Assembly (NCBI GenBank): GCA_023133595.1
Contig: JAGLWF010000005.1
Location: 29,640-93,639 of the forward strand
Source: Nanobdellota archaeon
GTDB taxonomy: Archaea > Nanobdellota > Nanobdellia > Woesearchaeales > WJKV01
Direction of reading: 5' to 3'
DNA: 64,000 bases
The translations under genes and the position numbers were made by a program. A model generated the notes under the pieces. It was not told where the DNA came from. It searched no databases and was given only the letters and a program-made list of their open reading frames with translations. Shown piece after piece: positions 1-9,800 of this stretch; position 1 is the first letter of the stretch, and the number at the start of each line of letters is the position of its first letter.

Positions 1-3000
1 CCGCTTGTTTCCATACGGCACAAGTGTATCGCTTGCACTTATCACCCCGTCACCATCAACATCGTGGTACAATGTCATGTTAAGTTCGTATCTTCCAGCA
101 GGATATTCCTCCTGCGCACTAGTAGCATCACGAGATATTTTTTGCTTGATTGGTTTTCCTAATGAACTTCCTTTTACATCACCAGCTATTAATATAGGTA
201 TTTCATCCGATGAAACAGCTTCGATTGTATAACTGATGGTTCCAACTTTGAATGAAGCGCTGTCTGCTGCTTCATTTTTACAATCTACAGTATACCCGCT
301 CGAAGTGCATTTTATTTTTTTGTTCACAACATCTGCATGCTGAAGTTCCATGAATGTGATCGCACGTTTCACACCAGTAAGATTCTGCGGTGCAATAAGT
401 TCAGCAGTGAAAGTTTTTGTCTCGCCTGCTTCTATATAGATCAGCTCCCTGAATCCTAGACGAGAGATTTGTATCTTATCCCCTTCCCAGACAAGAACTT
501 CTGCTGGCCCGCCAACAGCTTCTCCGAATTGCAGTAGTTTTGCAACATGGATTCCTCGCGGATCCATTGGATTGACTTTGAATTTTTCCAATATTTTTCT
601 GTCATTCTTATTTGTCTCAACAACATTGTTTGGTTTCTTAAGATTGTAAGCAAGATATAATTCTGGAACAGCGCCTGTTCCTTGAATCTCTTCAAGCATC
701 GGAGAGACAGCACTGATCAATGAACGTGCAAGCACATTGTTTCCAGGATAATACGAAGATACTGCTGGCGTCAATCGTGTCCCTTTGAACTCGATTGCCT
801 GCAGACCGCCTGCGATTGTCTCACAGATAATACCTGGAGGTACAAGCTGGAAGTGACACTGTGCAAGGAATGGTGATTTTCTTATGATCTGTTCTTCTTT
901 GACTTTTCTCTTCACTTCGTCACCGACTTGGTATGTAAGATCAAGCACAGCCAGGTTTGCCCAGTACTTTGCATGCTCATCGGTATAGAACAAATTCTTT
1001 TCCAGACTCTGATCAGAATCAACAAAAATGCCTTCTTCGTATATCAAGGTTGGAGCGCCTGAAGGGCAGTATTCGCCGCCAGCCTTGCTCTTGTCACATA
1101 CTATTCTCAGATTTCCAGAGACCCTCTGTCCGCCTGATAAGATTCCTAGTGTCAGATAATAATTGATTGCTGCTTCTCCTGTGAACGGGTCCCATGCTGC
1201 GAATCTTGATTCTGGAATCATTGGTCCGATGACAGGTGCAACTGCAACACGTGTTGCCTGCTGAAACACATTCCTTAAGTCAGACCAGTCCTGGGTGATC
1301 GCACCGATACAAGCTTTATGCACTAACTGCATTGGTGTCAGACCATACTGATTCTGGATGAGTGCGCTGTATCTTGCCTTTAATCTATTATTCACTTCCT
1401 GGAAATTTCCCCTGAAGACAGAACCTTCTCCACTGTCAAGAGAACCAGATATTCCTGTTCCAATAATCTTTTTAATCGCCCATGTCACAAGGTCACAGAC
1501 AAACTGCGCAAACAATCTTTCACAGTAACCTCCGCGCACTTCACCGATCATCGCCTGCTGCAAACATTTTTTCATTCCCTGGGTTATTCTTAAGAAGTTT
1601 GAAAGATGCCCTCGCACACCAGATACGCATCCGCATCTTAGTGATATGAAAATATCATCATAAGGATTTACCTGTCCATCATCATTCACACTGTCAGCAT
1701 TGTCAGGGAAACATTTTGTCTCGTGGAAACCAGGAGGTCCTTCTGAATAACAGCCGACACTTGCAGACTGTGCAGATGCTGCATTATATTCTGCCTGTGT
1801 CATCGTGGTGCACGCATAACGTACAGTGCCAGCTTCGTATAATTGCGTACCAGTGCCGGTTCCTCTCTTGAATAATAACGGACGTTTTGAAGTATTGACA
1901 GATCTTATCTCAATCGCATTCTGTCCAGGAGGGCATACTGGCTGTCCACCTATCACTGCTTTTTCTCTTGATACATATCTATATTGTGCTGACATATCTG
2001 CTTCACGCGATTCAAATGTCACAGAACCTTCGATTTTTGCAATTGGTTTTTCTTTCTTGATGTCAGCTGCATTGAAATAAGATTCTTTTTCTTCGTCATA
2101 GATAAATCTCTCTCCGCGCTTGTCTGTTACAATTTTGTTCATATTCGCACAGTCAGGAGGGATTGTCGGACACCATACCCTATCACAGATCATGAATGTT
2201 CGTTTCATATTAGCAGGAGATGCGCCTCCGCCAAGATAGGACAGTAAAGTAGAACCAACACAACCCGCTGTCAGAGCAAGTGTTGCTTCTTCTGCAAACT
2301 TTGTCGCATCTTCAAGGAATTCAATCCAGTCATCCAGAAGCTCAAGCGTATCATTGATCATCTCAGGTGTCAGGAACTTTGTATAATCAAAAGGAGTTTC
2401 CAATCCGACTGCGTGCTGGATAAAGATAGGTTCATTCATCGACGCTTGCCCCAACTGATAGGATACCATTGTTCTTAGTGAGAAATCAATCTGCATCCCT
2501 GTTCCAGTATTTCCGATCTCACCTTCTCCAAGATCATTCTTAACGTCTTTAAGGCCTTGTTTTATTGGCAGGACACGAAGTTTTGTCATGACAAACAATT
2601 TATTCTCATCTTCATTATAGAATGTCTTTGTCTCTTCTACTTTTATATATTTATTATCAAACTTATTCTGGTCAAGAGTTGCAGTAGCCTGAATATTTTT
2701 CAATGACTCTGTGGTCGGACCAGTATAATACAGATCATAGAGGACAGAAACAGGAACTCCTGTTGACTGCGGTGCCATCAGATTGCTGCTGTAGACAGTG
2801 TTTGGTATTGTCTGTATTCTTCCAGGCTTCCACATCATAGAGCCTGGTTCGAACTGTATTGTACGTTCTTCTGTATATTCATTTCCAGCTTCGTCAAACA
2901 CAACAAATAATATCCTGTTAGGAGACACTGAAAGCAGTTTCTGCTCCATCTGCGTAGCTCCAGGTGTTAACGGAGTGTACGTTTGTGCCAGAGCAATCTG

Positions 3001-4200
3001 CGTGCTGAACTCAGAATCTTCTCCACTATTGATCTCTTTTGCACGGCCAACAATCGCACCACCAACTCCAATTTCAAATTCAGTCATATACTCGTGTACA
3101 CCTTGCGCACGAATCTCCTGTATTTGTATAGTATTATTATTTCCAACATTAAAGATTTGTATCCTGCACTTAGGTTCTGTTGTGTTTCCAGCAAGAGTCA
3201 CAATCGAGAAATGCTGGTTCTCAGTAAAGATCATAGTATCAAGGTTTAGTCTACATGGAGTATTGTCGACTTTTATCTCAAATGTATGCGTTGCAATGTT
3301 TCCAGCAACATCTGTTGCTTCGATTGTAAGATTATGCTCGCCAGAACCAACATCAACTATTGCATCAAACTCTTTGTCTGTGACTTCAATATCAATTGCA
3401 GGATTATCATCAACAACGGCTCTTAATGTTGCTTCTTCACTAAGTGAACCAATGATCGGAATCACAGAACTGTTTCTTACTTCCTGGATCTCTGAAAGAA
3501 AAATTCTTGGCGCGGTCACGTCAATGACAATTGTGCGCTGTTCTTCCAGAATATTTCCAGAAGGATCAGTGAATCGTATTGTGACCTCATTATATCCTAG
3601 AACTCCTTTGAAGACTGTTTCATACAATTTAACAGTCGCAGAAAAGAGGCCATTTCCATCAGCAACAACAGAGAAACCGCCGGTTTCCAGTATCTGTGCC
3701 GGGAACCTGTCACTGTTGATAAAGATGCGGACAGTTGCACCTGGTTCTGTTATACCTGTTATTGTCAATGTATCTGTTTTGATCTTCGGAGGGACATCAC
3801 CCAAGGTTTCTCCTGTTTCTATTGATGTGTTTATCACAGTCGGTTCAACAACAATATCCTGTCTTGTGACAAAGGTCAATCCAGATCTTACATCATCCTC
3901 GTTATCATTTGCAGATTCTATCTGCAGATCATAGACAGCACTTTGGTTCAGCCCAGTTAATACTATCTCGTGCTCTGTGAGCAGAGCAGAATCCTCTTCA
4001 ATATTATTTAGATTATTAATACCATATTTCACTGTGCTGTTCGCAGCATCGTCTGTATCCCACTTCACTGTTGCGCTCGTTCCAGTGATATCAACAACTT
4101 GCGGATTTGATATCTGTAATGCATACGCACTTTGTATAGTTATTCCTAGCATTAGTACTATCAAAAACAATGTCAATGTCCATCTTTTGTTTTTATTCAT
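1..4200 (-). CDS. Giant secreted surface protein, partial. The N-terminus is in the window and the ORF runs off the left edge at >=1400 aa. Signal peptide MNKNKRWTLTLFLIVLMLGITIQSAYA, then an Fn3/Ig-like domain, a Cys-rich module and a C-terminal Ca-binding DVDGDGVISASD motif.
   Basis: Manual reverse-complement translation from ATG at 4200-4198, which overlaps the TGA of the upstream gene (ATGA). Reading frame checked open at 4200-4000, 1680-1561 and 120-1. No competing minus-strand ORFs in the ORF track. The plus-strand 378-aa ORF is low-complexity antisense. Confidence 0.7.
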   Translation of the reverse strand, partial: MNKNKRWTLTLFLIVLMLGITIQSAYALQISNPQVVDITGTSATVKWDTDDAANSTVKYGINNLNNIEEDSALLTEHEIVLTGLNQSAVYDLQIESANDNEDDVRSGLTFVTRQDIVVEPTVINTSIETGETLGDVPPKIKTDTLTITGITEPGATVRIFINSDRFPAQILETGGFSVVADGNGLFSATVKLYETVFKGVLGYNEVTIRFTDPSGNILEEQRTIVIDVTAPRIFLSEIQEVRNSSVIPIIGSLSEEATLRAVVDDNPAIDIEVTDKEFDAIVDVGSGEHNLTIEATDVAGNIATHTFEIKVDNTPCRLNLDTMIFTENQHFSIVTLAGNTTEPKCRIQIFNVGNNNTIQIQEIRAQGVHEYMTEFEIGVGGAIVGRAKEINSGEDSEFSTQIALAQTYTPLTPGATQMEQKLLSVSPNRILFVVFDEAGNEYTEERTIQFEPGSMMWKPGRIQTIPNTVYSSNLMAPQSTGVPVSVLYDLYYTGPTTESLKNIQATATLDQNKFDNKYIKVEETKTFYNEDENKLFVMTKLRVLPIKQGLKDVKNDLGEGEIGNTGTGMQIDFSLRTMVSYQLGQASMNEPIFIQHAVGLETPFDYTKFLTPEMINDTLELLDDWIEFLEDATKFAEEATLALTAGCVGSTLLSYLGGGASPANMKRTFMICDRVWCPTIPPDCANMNKIVTDKRGERFIYDEEKESYFNAADIKKEKPIAKIEGSVTFESREADMSAQYRYVSREKAVIGGQPVCPPGQNAIEIRSVNTSKRPLLFKRGTGTGTQLYEAGTVRYACTTMTQAEYNAASAQSASVGCYSEGPPGFHETKCFPDNADSVNDDGQVNPYDDIFISLRCGCVSGVRGHLSNFLRITQGMKKCLQQAMIGEVRGGYCERLFAQFVCDLVTWAIKKIIGTGISGSLDSGEGSVFRGNFQEVNNRLKARYSALIQNQYGLTPMQLVHKACIGAITQDWSDLRNVFQQATRVAVAPVIGPMIPESRFAAWDPFTGEAAINYYLTLGILSGGQRVSGNLRIVCDKSKAGGEYCPSGAPTLIYEEGIFVDSDQSLEKNLFYTDEHAKYWANLAVLDLTYQVGDEVKRKVKEEQIIRKSPFLAQCHFQLVPPGIICETIAGGLQAIEFKGTRLTPAVSSYYPGNNVLARSLISAVSPMLEEIQGTGAVPELYLAYNLKKPNNVVETNKNDRKILEKFKVNPMDPRGIHVAKLLQFGEAVGGPAEVLVWEGDKIQISRLGFRELIYIEAGETKTFTAELIAPQNLTGVKRAITFMELQHADVVNKKIKCTSSGYTVDCKNEAADSASFKVGTISYTIEAVSSDEIPILIAGDVKGSSLGKPIKQKISRDATSAQEEYPAGRYELNMTLYHDVDGDGVISASDTLVPYGNKR

Positions 4201-6176
4201 CTTATCACAGGAGCGTAGTTCTCACTCTTTGGTATGACCGTATTCTGCCAGAACCGTGCAAACCCTGACATATCTTCTGGCATTATTGGTGATGCAATTG
4301 CATAGAATCGTAATTCATTCGCAGTTGTCAGCTGATTTCTTGTGATCTGCCAGTCCGGGAAGTAAAGACCTGCAAAAGGCATGTCATCTTTCATAACTTT
4401 CACGTCAACTGTATATGTTGCATCATCATAAACCAGTTCAAATGGATTAGCTTTTGTGAAATCAGTCTCAGGGAGGAATGCTGCATCATCATAATCATCA
4501 CTTGCAACTGAAATATAAGCACGTTCATCTTCTTCTAATTCCCTGATCTGCATTGTTCCTTCTGTAAAGTCTAGTATGTAGAGTGAAACAGGAAGTTCTT
4601 TCAAAGGCACCAACTTAACAGGCGGGATCTGTGCAATCGGGGATTCGATCGTGACTTGGCTTACTGATTCCTGATAACCATCCTTGTTCACAACAAGGAA
4701 ACCATTCACACACTCAGGGAATGATGTCTCAAGCATTGGTTCAGAACCAACTATCATCACACCTTCAAAACTCGGGAATTCTGTATCTCCAAGGTCGCAC
4801 GAGAACTGCACGCATTCATATCTTACATTGGCATTGTCAAGGAACTCAGAAGTTACTTTATCCTGAACATAGATCACACGTTTGTAGAGCCTGTTTGCAC
4901 AATACTCTTCGCTTGAAACACTATATTCATATTCTGCAAGCTTGAAAGGACTTATGTATCTTTTTGCTGAATTCTTCTCTAGAATGACAGGAGTTGCAAA
5001 TTGGAATATCAAGCCAGATTCATCCTGCAGCTGAAACATTACAGGAAATTCAATATCATATCTATGATGATATACTTTCACACACGATCCTATTAATGGG
5101 ATTGCGAGATCAAAACCTTTTACAACATCTCCATCACTAGGCTCAACATCAAGATTCATTCCAAATGTTCTGTCGTATAAAACATTGATCGCAACATCTG
5201 GATAATTTCCAACGCCAGTATCTAGAGTATAGAATTCATCATAATAGTCAAGATAATTGCTTTTTACAGTACGATAACTTTTACAAACGCCAAATTCATC
5301 TTCTGCCTGGCAGATCTCTTGTACTATTTCTGGATTCTCTTCAAACCTTTGGTTCTTTATTGAATCATCAAATGAAAAATACCTGAAATTATATTTTACA
5401 AGCTGCTGCAGAGCAGGGATAATGTCTAACTGTATGCTCCATCTCTCTCCTTCTCCGCACCTGAAATCATAACCATCCAATGGGATGTGCGGGCTATCGT
5501 CTGCACCGTCAGCAACTGCAATAATATCCATTGTCGCTTCTTCTAAGAAAGCATTCTCATTCTCGTACTCCATGATAGATTTTGCAAACTGATATAGTTC
5601 TCCAAATCGTGTTGGCATTGCTTTTCTAAATGCACTTACATCAACAGTATTTTCGCCAATCGATATCCGCAGCGGATAATCAAGCTGGACAGAGATATCA
5701 TTTTTATGAATATCCACATCAACATTCAACACGCCTATCTCTTCTATTTTCATCTGTGGAAATTCTGCAAATTCATTGATACAATCAATAATATCTTTTT
5801 TGACATACTCTGCAAGTTCATTCTCAATATCTGACTGCCGCGGTACTAAAGATTTGCCATTATACCACCACATTGGAACTTTAAGTGCAGACGGTGGCGG
5901 TGGAAGATAACCAGGTCTTCTTGGATCTCCAAACAATAATTGATCAGGCAGTTCAATATACCCTCCCTGCATTGCTGCCAACGCAACTCCTTCTGCCAAT
6001 GTATCCTGTGTGCATTCTTCAATAAACATACGCACTGATTTAGTCTCTGGGAAACGTATCTCTGTGTATTTCTGCGAGATAGAGCCTCTATAATAGATTA
6101 AGATAAAACCAAGTATCACTATTATGATTCCTATTATTATGAATAAAGTGACTTGTCCTCTTTTTGTTTTTTTCAT
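4197..6176 (-). CDS. Large protein (659 aa) with a class III, prepilin/archaellin-like N-terminal signal: MKKTKRGQVTLFIIIGIIIVILGFIL. Paralog 1 of a three-member family.
   Basis: ORF track. N-terminus fits the [KR]G-Q-hydrophobic class III motif. A post-TM motif FIEEC...QGGYIELPD...LKVPMWWY is shared with the 15288 and 30083 proteins. Confidence 0.7.
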   Translation of the reverse strand: MKKTKRGQVTLFIIIGIIIVILGFILIYYRGSISQKYTEIRFPETKSVRMFIEECTQDTLAEGVALAAMQGGYIELPDQLLFGDPRRPGYLPPPPSALKVPMWWYNGKSLVPRQSDIENELAEYVKKDIIDCINEFAEFPQMKIEEIGVLNVDVDIHKNDISVQLDYPLRISIGENTVDVSAFRKAMPTRFGELYQFAKSIMEYENENAFLEEATMDIIAVADGADDSPHIPLDGYDFRCGEGERWSIQLDIIPALQQLVKYNFRYFSFDDSIKNQRFEENPEIVQEICQAEDEFGVCKSYRTVKSNYLDYYDEFYTLDTGVGNYPDVAINVLYDRTFGMNLDVEPSDGDVVKGFDLAIPLIGSCVKVYHHRYDIEFPVMFQLQDESGLIFQFATPVILEKNSAKRYISPFKLAEYEYSVSSEEYCANRLYKRVIYVQDKVTSEFLDNANVRYECVQFSCDLGDTEFPSFEGVMIVGSEPMLETSFPECVNGFLVVNKDGYQESVSQVTIESPIAQIPPVKLVPLKELPVSLYILDFTEGTMQIRELEEDERAYISVASDDYDDAAFLPETDFTKANPFELVYDDATYTVDVKVMKDDMPFAGLYFPDWQITRNQLTTANELRFYAIASPIMPEDMSGFARFWQNTVIPKSENYAPVIR

Positions 6177-6177
6177 C

Positions 6178-6858
6178 TTAGTTCTTTATTGTCAAATACA
6201 GGTAATACCTGCTCCACGCAGAGTATAATAAAAATACTAGCAACAATATTGATGCAAATACTGCTGAACCAAGAGTAAATGTCCAGCTAGATATTGCAAC
6301 AGCAACAAAAAATATGACTGCCATCAACAGGTATGCTAGCAATACCCTCCACTGAAAAAATGTGGAAAATACATTGAATATTGTCTCTTTAGGTTTCTTT
6401 ATCATGTTTGTCCTAGCAATCGAAGTGAACATGAGATAGAGGAGCCAGAAAATGAATAATAATGGACTTCGCCACACATCTTTGATTGCTTGGATTATGA
6501 AAACAAAGATTATGAACCAAGGAATAAGCCAGATCAATGAAAACTTGAACCATGTTTTCATGTCCTGTGTTCTCCCGACAGTGTACTTATATACAAGACG
6601 CTTGAAGATTGTAAGGTTCACTACTTGCAAAACAATTGCAACTGCTGATAGTAAGATAAAAGATATTATGTACCACGTCCCTGAATTGACTGTCAATGGG
6701 TATGCGTCTGTGATCCTGCCAAAATACATGTAGTAGAATGCTACGATCGCAAAAAATATTAACAGGCAGATCAGATCAAAGAGCATTGCATGGAATAATC
6801 TAACATTAAACGTTTTGAATGATTCTATAAACATAAACCCCTTTTTTTTTACTGCCAT
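6178..6858 (-). CDS. Polytopic membrane protein, about 6 TM helices, unknown function.
   Basis: ORF track. Hydrophobic helices throughout. Lies 1 nt from the flanking gene inside the operon. Confidence 0.55.
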   Translation of the reverse strand: MAVKKKGFMFIESFKTFNVRLFHAMLFDLICLLIFFAIVAFYYMYFGRITDAYPLTVNSGTWYIISFILLSAVAIVLQVVNLTIFKRLVYKYTVGRTQDMKTWFKFSLIWLIPWFIIFVFIIQAIKDVWRSPLLFIFWLLYLMFTSIARTNMIKKPKETIFNVFSTFFQWRVLLAYLLMAVIFFVAVAISSWTFTLGSAVFASILLLVFLLYSAWSRYYLYLTIKN

Positions 6859-6864
6859 TTTACC

Positions 6865-9800
6865 CTATCCTGTCTGATTGCCAAAAGTTCCTGCTCCTGT
6901 CGGCACTGTTGTAGCAGAACTTCCGCCTGCATGATAACCGCTGTGTTCAGCAGCATCTCCAGGAACATAATTTTCTTCAACAATCGGTTGTGCAAACGCT
7001 ATCAATGAACCAAATTCTCCAGATGGTTCTCCATCATCATCTAATATTTCTTCTTTATAACATAATGCAGCCCATTCAACATCAGGAGGACCATAGACAG
7101 GAACATAATCTGAAGATGTGGATCCTTTCTGCACAGCTACATCTGTTGTTCCCTCGATCACCAAACAACTAGAATCACAATAGATTGTATTTGCACAGAC
7201 AGTATACATAATGTTTGTATTCGACGCTCTTAGCATCCAATTGAACTGGTACAACGTACTGCCGTCAGGCATTGTCTCTCTTTCCACCTGCAACCGTTTG
7301 GAAACATCTACATTACCAGCAATATCAAATCCAATCTGCACATCATCAGGGAAATCCTCATCAAGAGTAGCTCTACAAATCAATCTCTCCCATTCTTCTG
7401 GATGAAACCATTCGTTCTCCATCCACCGGTCAACTTCTGCTTTCCACTTTGGACACGCTGCCTCCCATTCTTTATTTATTTTGTCACTATAATATTTTCC
7501 AACACCTGTCGGTCCTCTGATCAGAGTGCCGAGGAATCTCTGGAACCTCTGCCGTGTCTGGATTTTCTTTTCCAAATCTCTTCCTTTCTTATCTTCTGCA
7601 AATTCTGGCGCGACAAATGTGGTCAGATCTGTTTCTTCGCATCTCTGCTGCCCTCGTACTTCATAACACGCCCAGTAATTATACTGGACTTCACCTTCTG
7701 CATCTATTGACGCTGTAGTATAGACCCGTACATTGCTTCCAAGATCAATATTATAATTAGCAAGTGCAATATCACCAGTGTATGTTCCATCCGGCTGTTT
7801 TGTCCTAGTGTAGAGAAGTGAGCTTTCAATAGCTTCCTCTTCTTTATTATAGACAGCACCATCTTTATTCACGTACATTTCATCTCCAATAGAGAATTTA
7901 CCAAATCCTAATCCAGCTCCAAAAGGTTTTAGCTTTGCCTTTAGCTCATCACCATCATGTTTATTAGGTCTCATAAACACAGCAATATCAGAATCTTCTT
8001 TGCCAATCTCTGCAACATAACCAATCTCTTTATCATCCTCAATCTTTCCATTGTAAATCATATTTCCATCATGTATCAGTTTCAGATCAGAAACTTGATT
8101 TTGTCTACTTATTTCATCTGGTGTTGGTGTTAACGCTGTTCCTTCTCTGAGAGCATTATAATAAACATAAGGCGAAGCATACTCGCGCTGCTTTCCTTCT
8201 TCATCCTTGAACTTTCCTTTTGGCACACGATACATATCTTCATTCCGCTGTGTACTGCCCTCTGTAATAACATAATAATTACCAGTCTTTGGATCTTTGA
8301 CTAGTGCTGTTGTTTTTCCAGTCTCGGGATTCACCCACGAATCGACTTTAGTCCATCCTTCATAGCGTGTACCTTTCTTTCCAACATTATTGAAGATGTT
8401 TGTCGCTCCTTCCTTGACAAGAGTGTTTATCTGTCCTGCCACTTGTTTATATTTTCCTGTTCTGATTGCTTTAATGAAATTTATTTTTTCATCATCATAG
8501 ACACCTTGTGCTCCTGCTTTATCCAAATTTGCAAGATATTCAACAAGCTCTGGATTTTTCTGTGCAAGATCAGGATTGTCACTTAATAATTTTTTAGCTT
8601 CATCCTTTTTTCCGCCTGCAATCAACAATGCCAATGCTTGAGATGCTGCCTGATCACCCCCTGTCGCTGCCTGATAACCAAGAGCTGCCACTTCTGAATC
8701 TGTCAACGCCAGTGTAGCTTGCTTCGTGTTTGGATCAATACTATTAATCTTTGCCTGTAGAACACTTTTTGATCTGGTATCCATCATCTGGGTTACTTCT
8801 GCAAGGGTCTTTCCTTTTGTCTGATCAGGAGCAAGGCCCATTGTCTTTGCAGTGGAACGCACACTAATAACTTTGGCTTCCTGGTCAAACTCACCAATAG
8901 ACTGGAATACAGAGAAACCTTTTACACCAGCATCACTCCCTGTTAATTTGATATAATTCTCTCTATACTTTTTATATTTAGCCTCAAACTCTTCTTTTTC
9001 TTTTTTCCAAGCATTTATCTTGGCATAATCAGGCAATGGTTTTTTCAATTCTTCATCGATCTTCGCATCCAGACCATCATAGTAACCTAAATCAGCAGGT
9101 CTAAGTCTTGCTGCAGGTGGAGGAGCAACACCAGCATATGCTTTGCTTATAGCTTCTGCATCAGAAGTTTTAAGGTTTTTCAACATCGCAACACGCTGCC
9201 TGTCAAACTCTGCACGTGCTTCTGCGCCTGTCTTCTTTTCAAGCGCAGCGTCAAATTTTTCTTTAAGGTCTAATTTCTGTGCTTCAGGTAATTCAGCAGC
9301 ATCAATCGCATCCTGGAACTTCTTTATTTCTTGTCTGACTTTTTCTCTTTCTTCCAGATCTTTTGCAGCAGCCTCGAACTTCTTCGGATCTTTGGTTTCT
9401 TTTGCTTTCTCCATCAAAGCAGCTCTTGCTTCTGCCTCATTTGCACCATTCTTAACCATTGCTTTAACAGATTTGTCTATTGTCTTTCGCCGTTTATTGA
9501 CTTCGTTTTTTATTTGCAATGGAGTCTTGCCAACTCTATCAACACCATACCTGTTTGCAAGTTTTTTGTAAATTTCAGCTTCAAAAATCTTAGCATCCCA
9601 CGGAGTAGCTGATCCTCTGGCAGCTCTGACAACATCACCATATTCAGTATCAGTCAATCCTGCCTCGAGTGCATCTTTCTTTATTTTCTCGCGCTTTGCC
9701 AGCTCACTTTTTATCTGGCTATGCGTCTTGCCTTCCAAACTAATGCCATACCCCATGGATGCTTTCTGCTCAAGTTCATGTTCTGCAAGAACTTTCTTTA

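Noticed and set aside
2798-3934. 378-aa plus-strand ORF inside the first giant gene.
   Set aside because: Low-complexity, Ser/Cys/Ile-rich translation antisense to a continuous minus-strand reading frame that has a signal peptide and recognisable domains.
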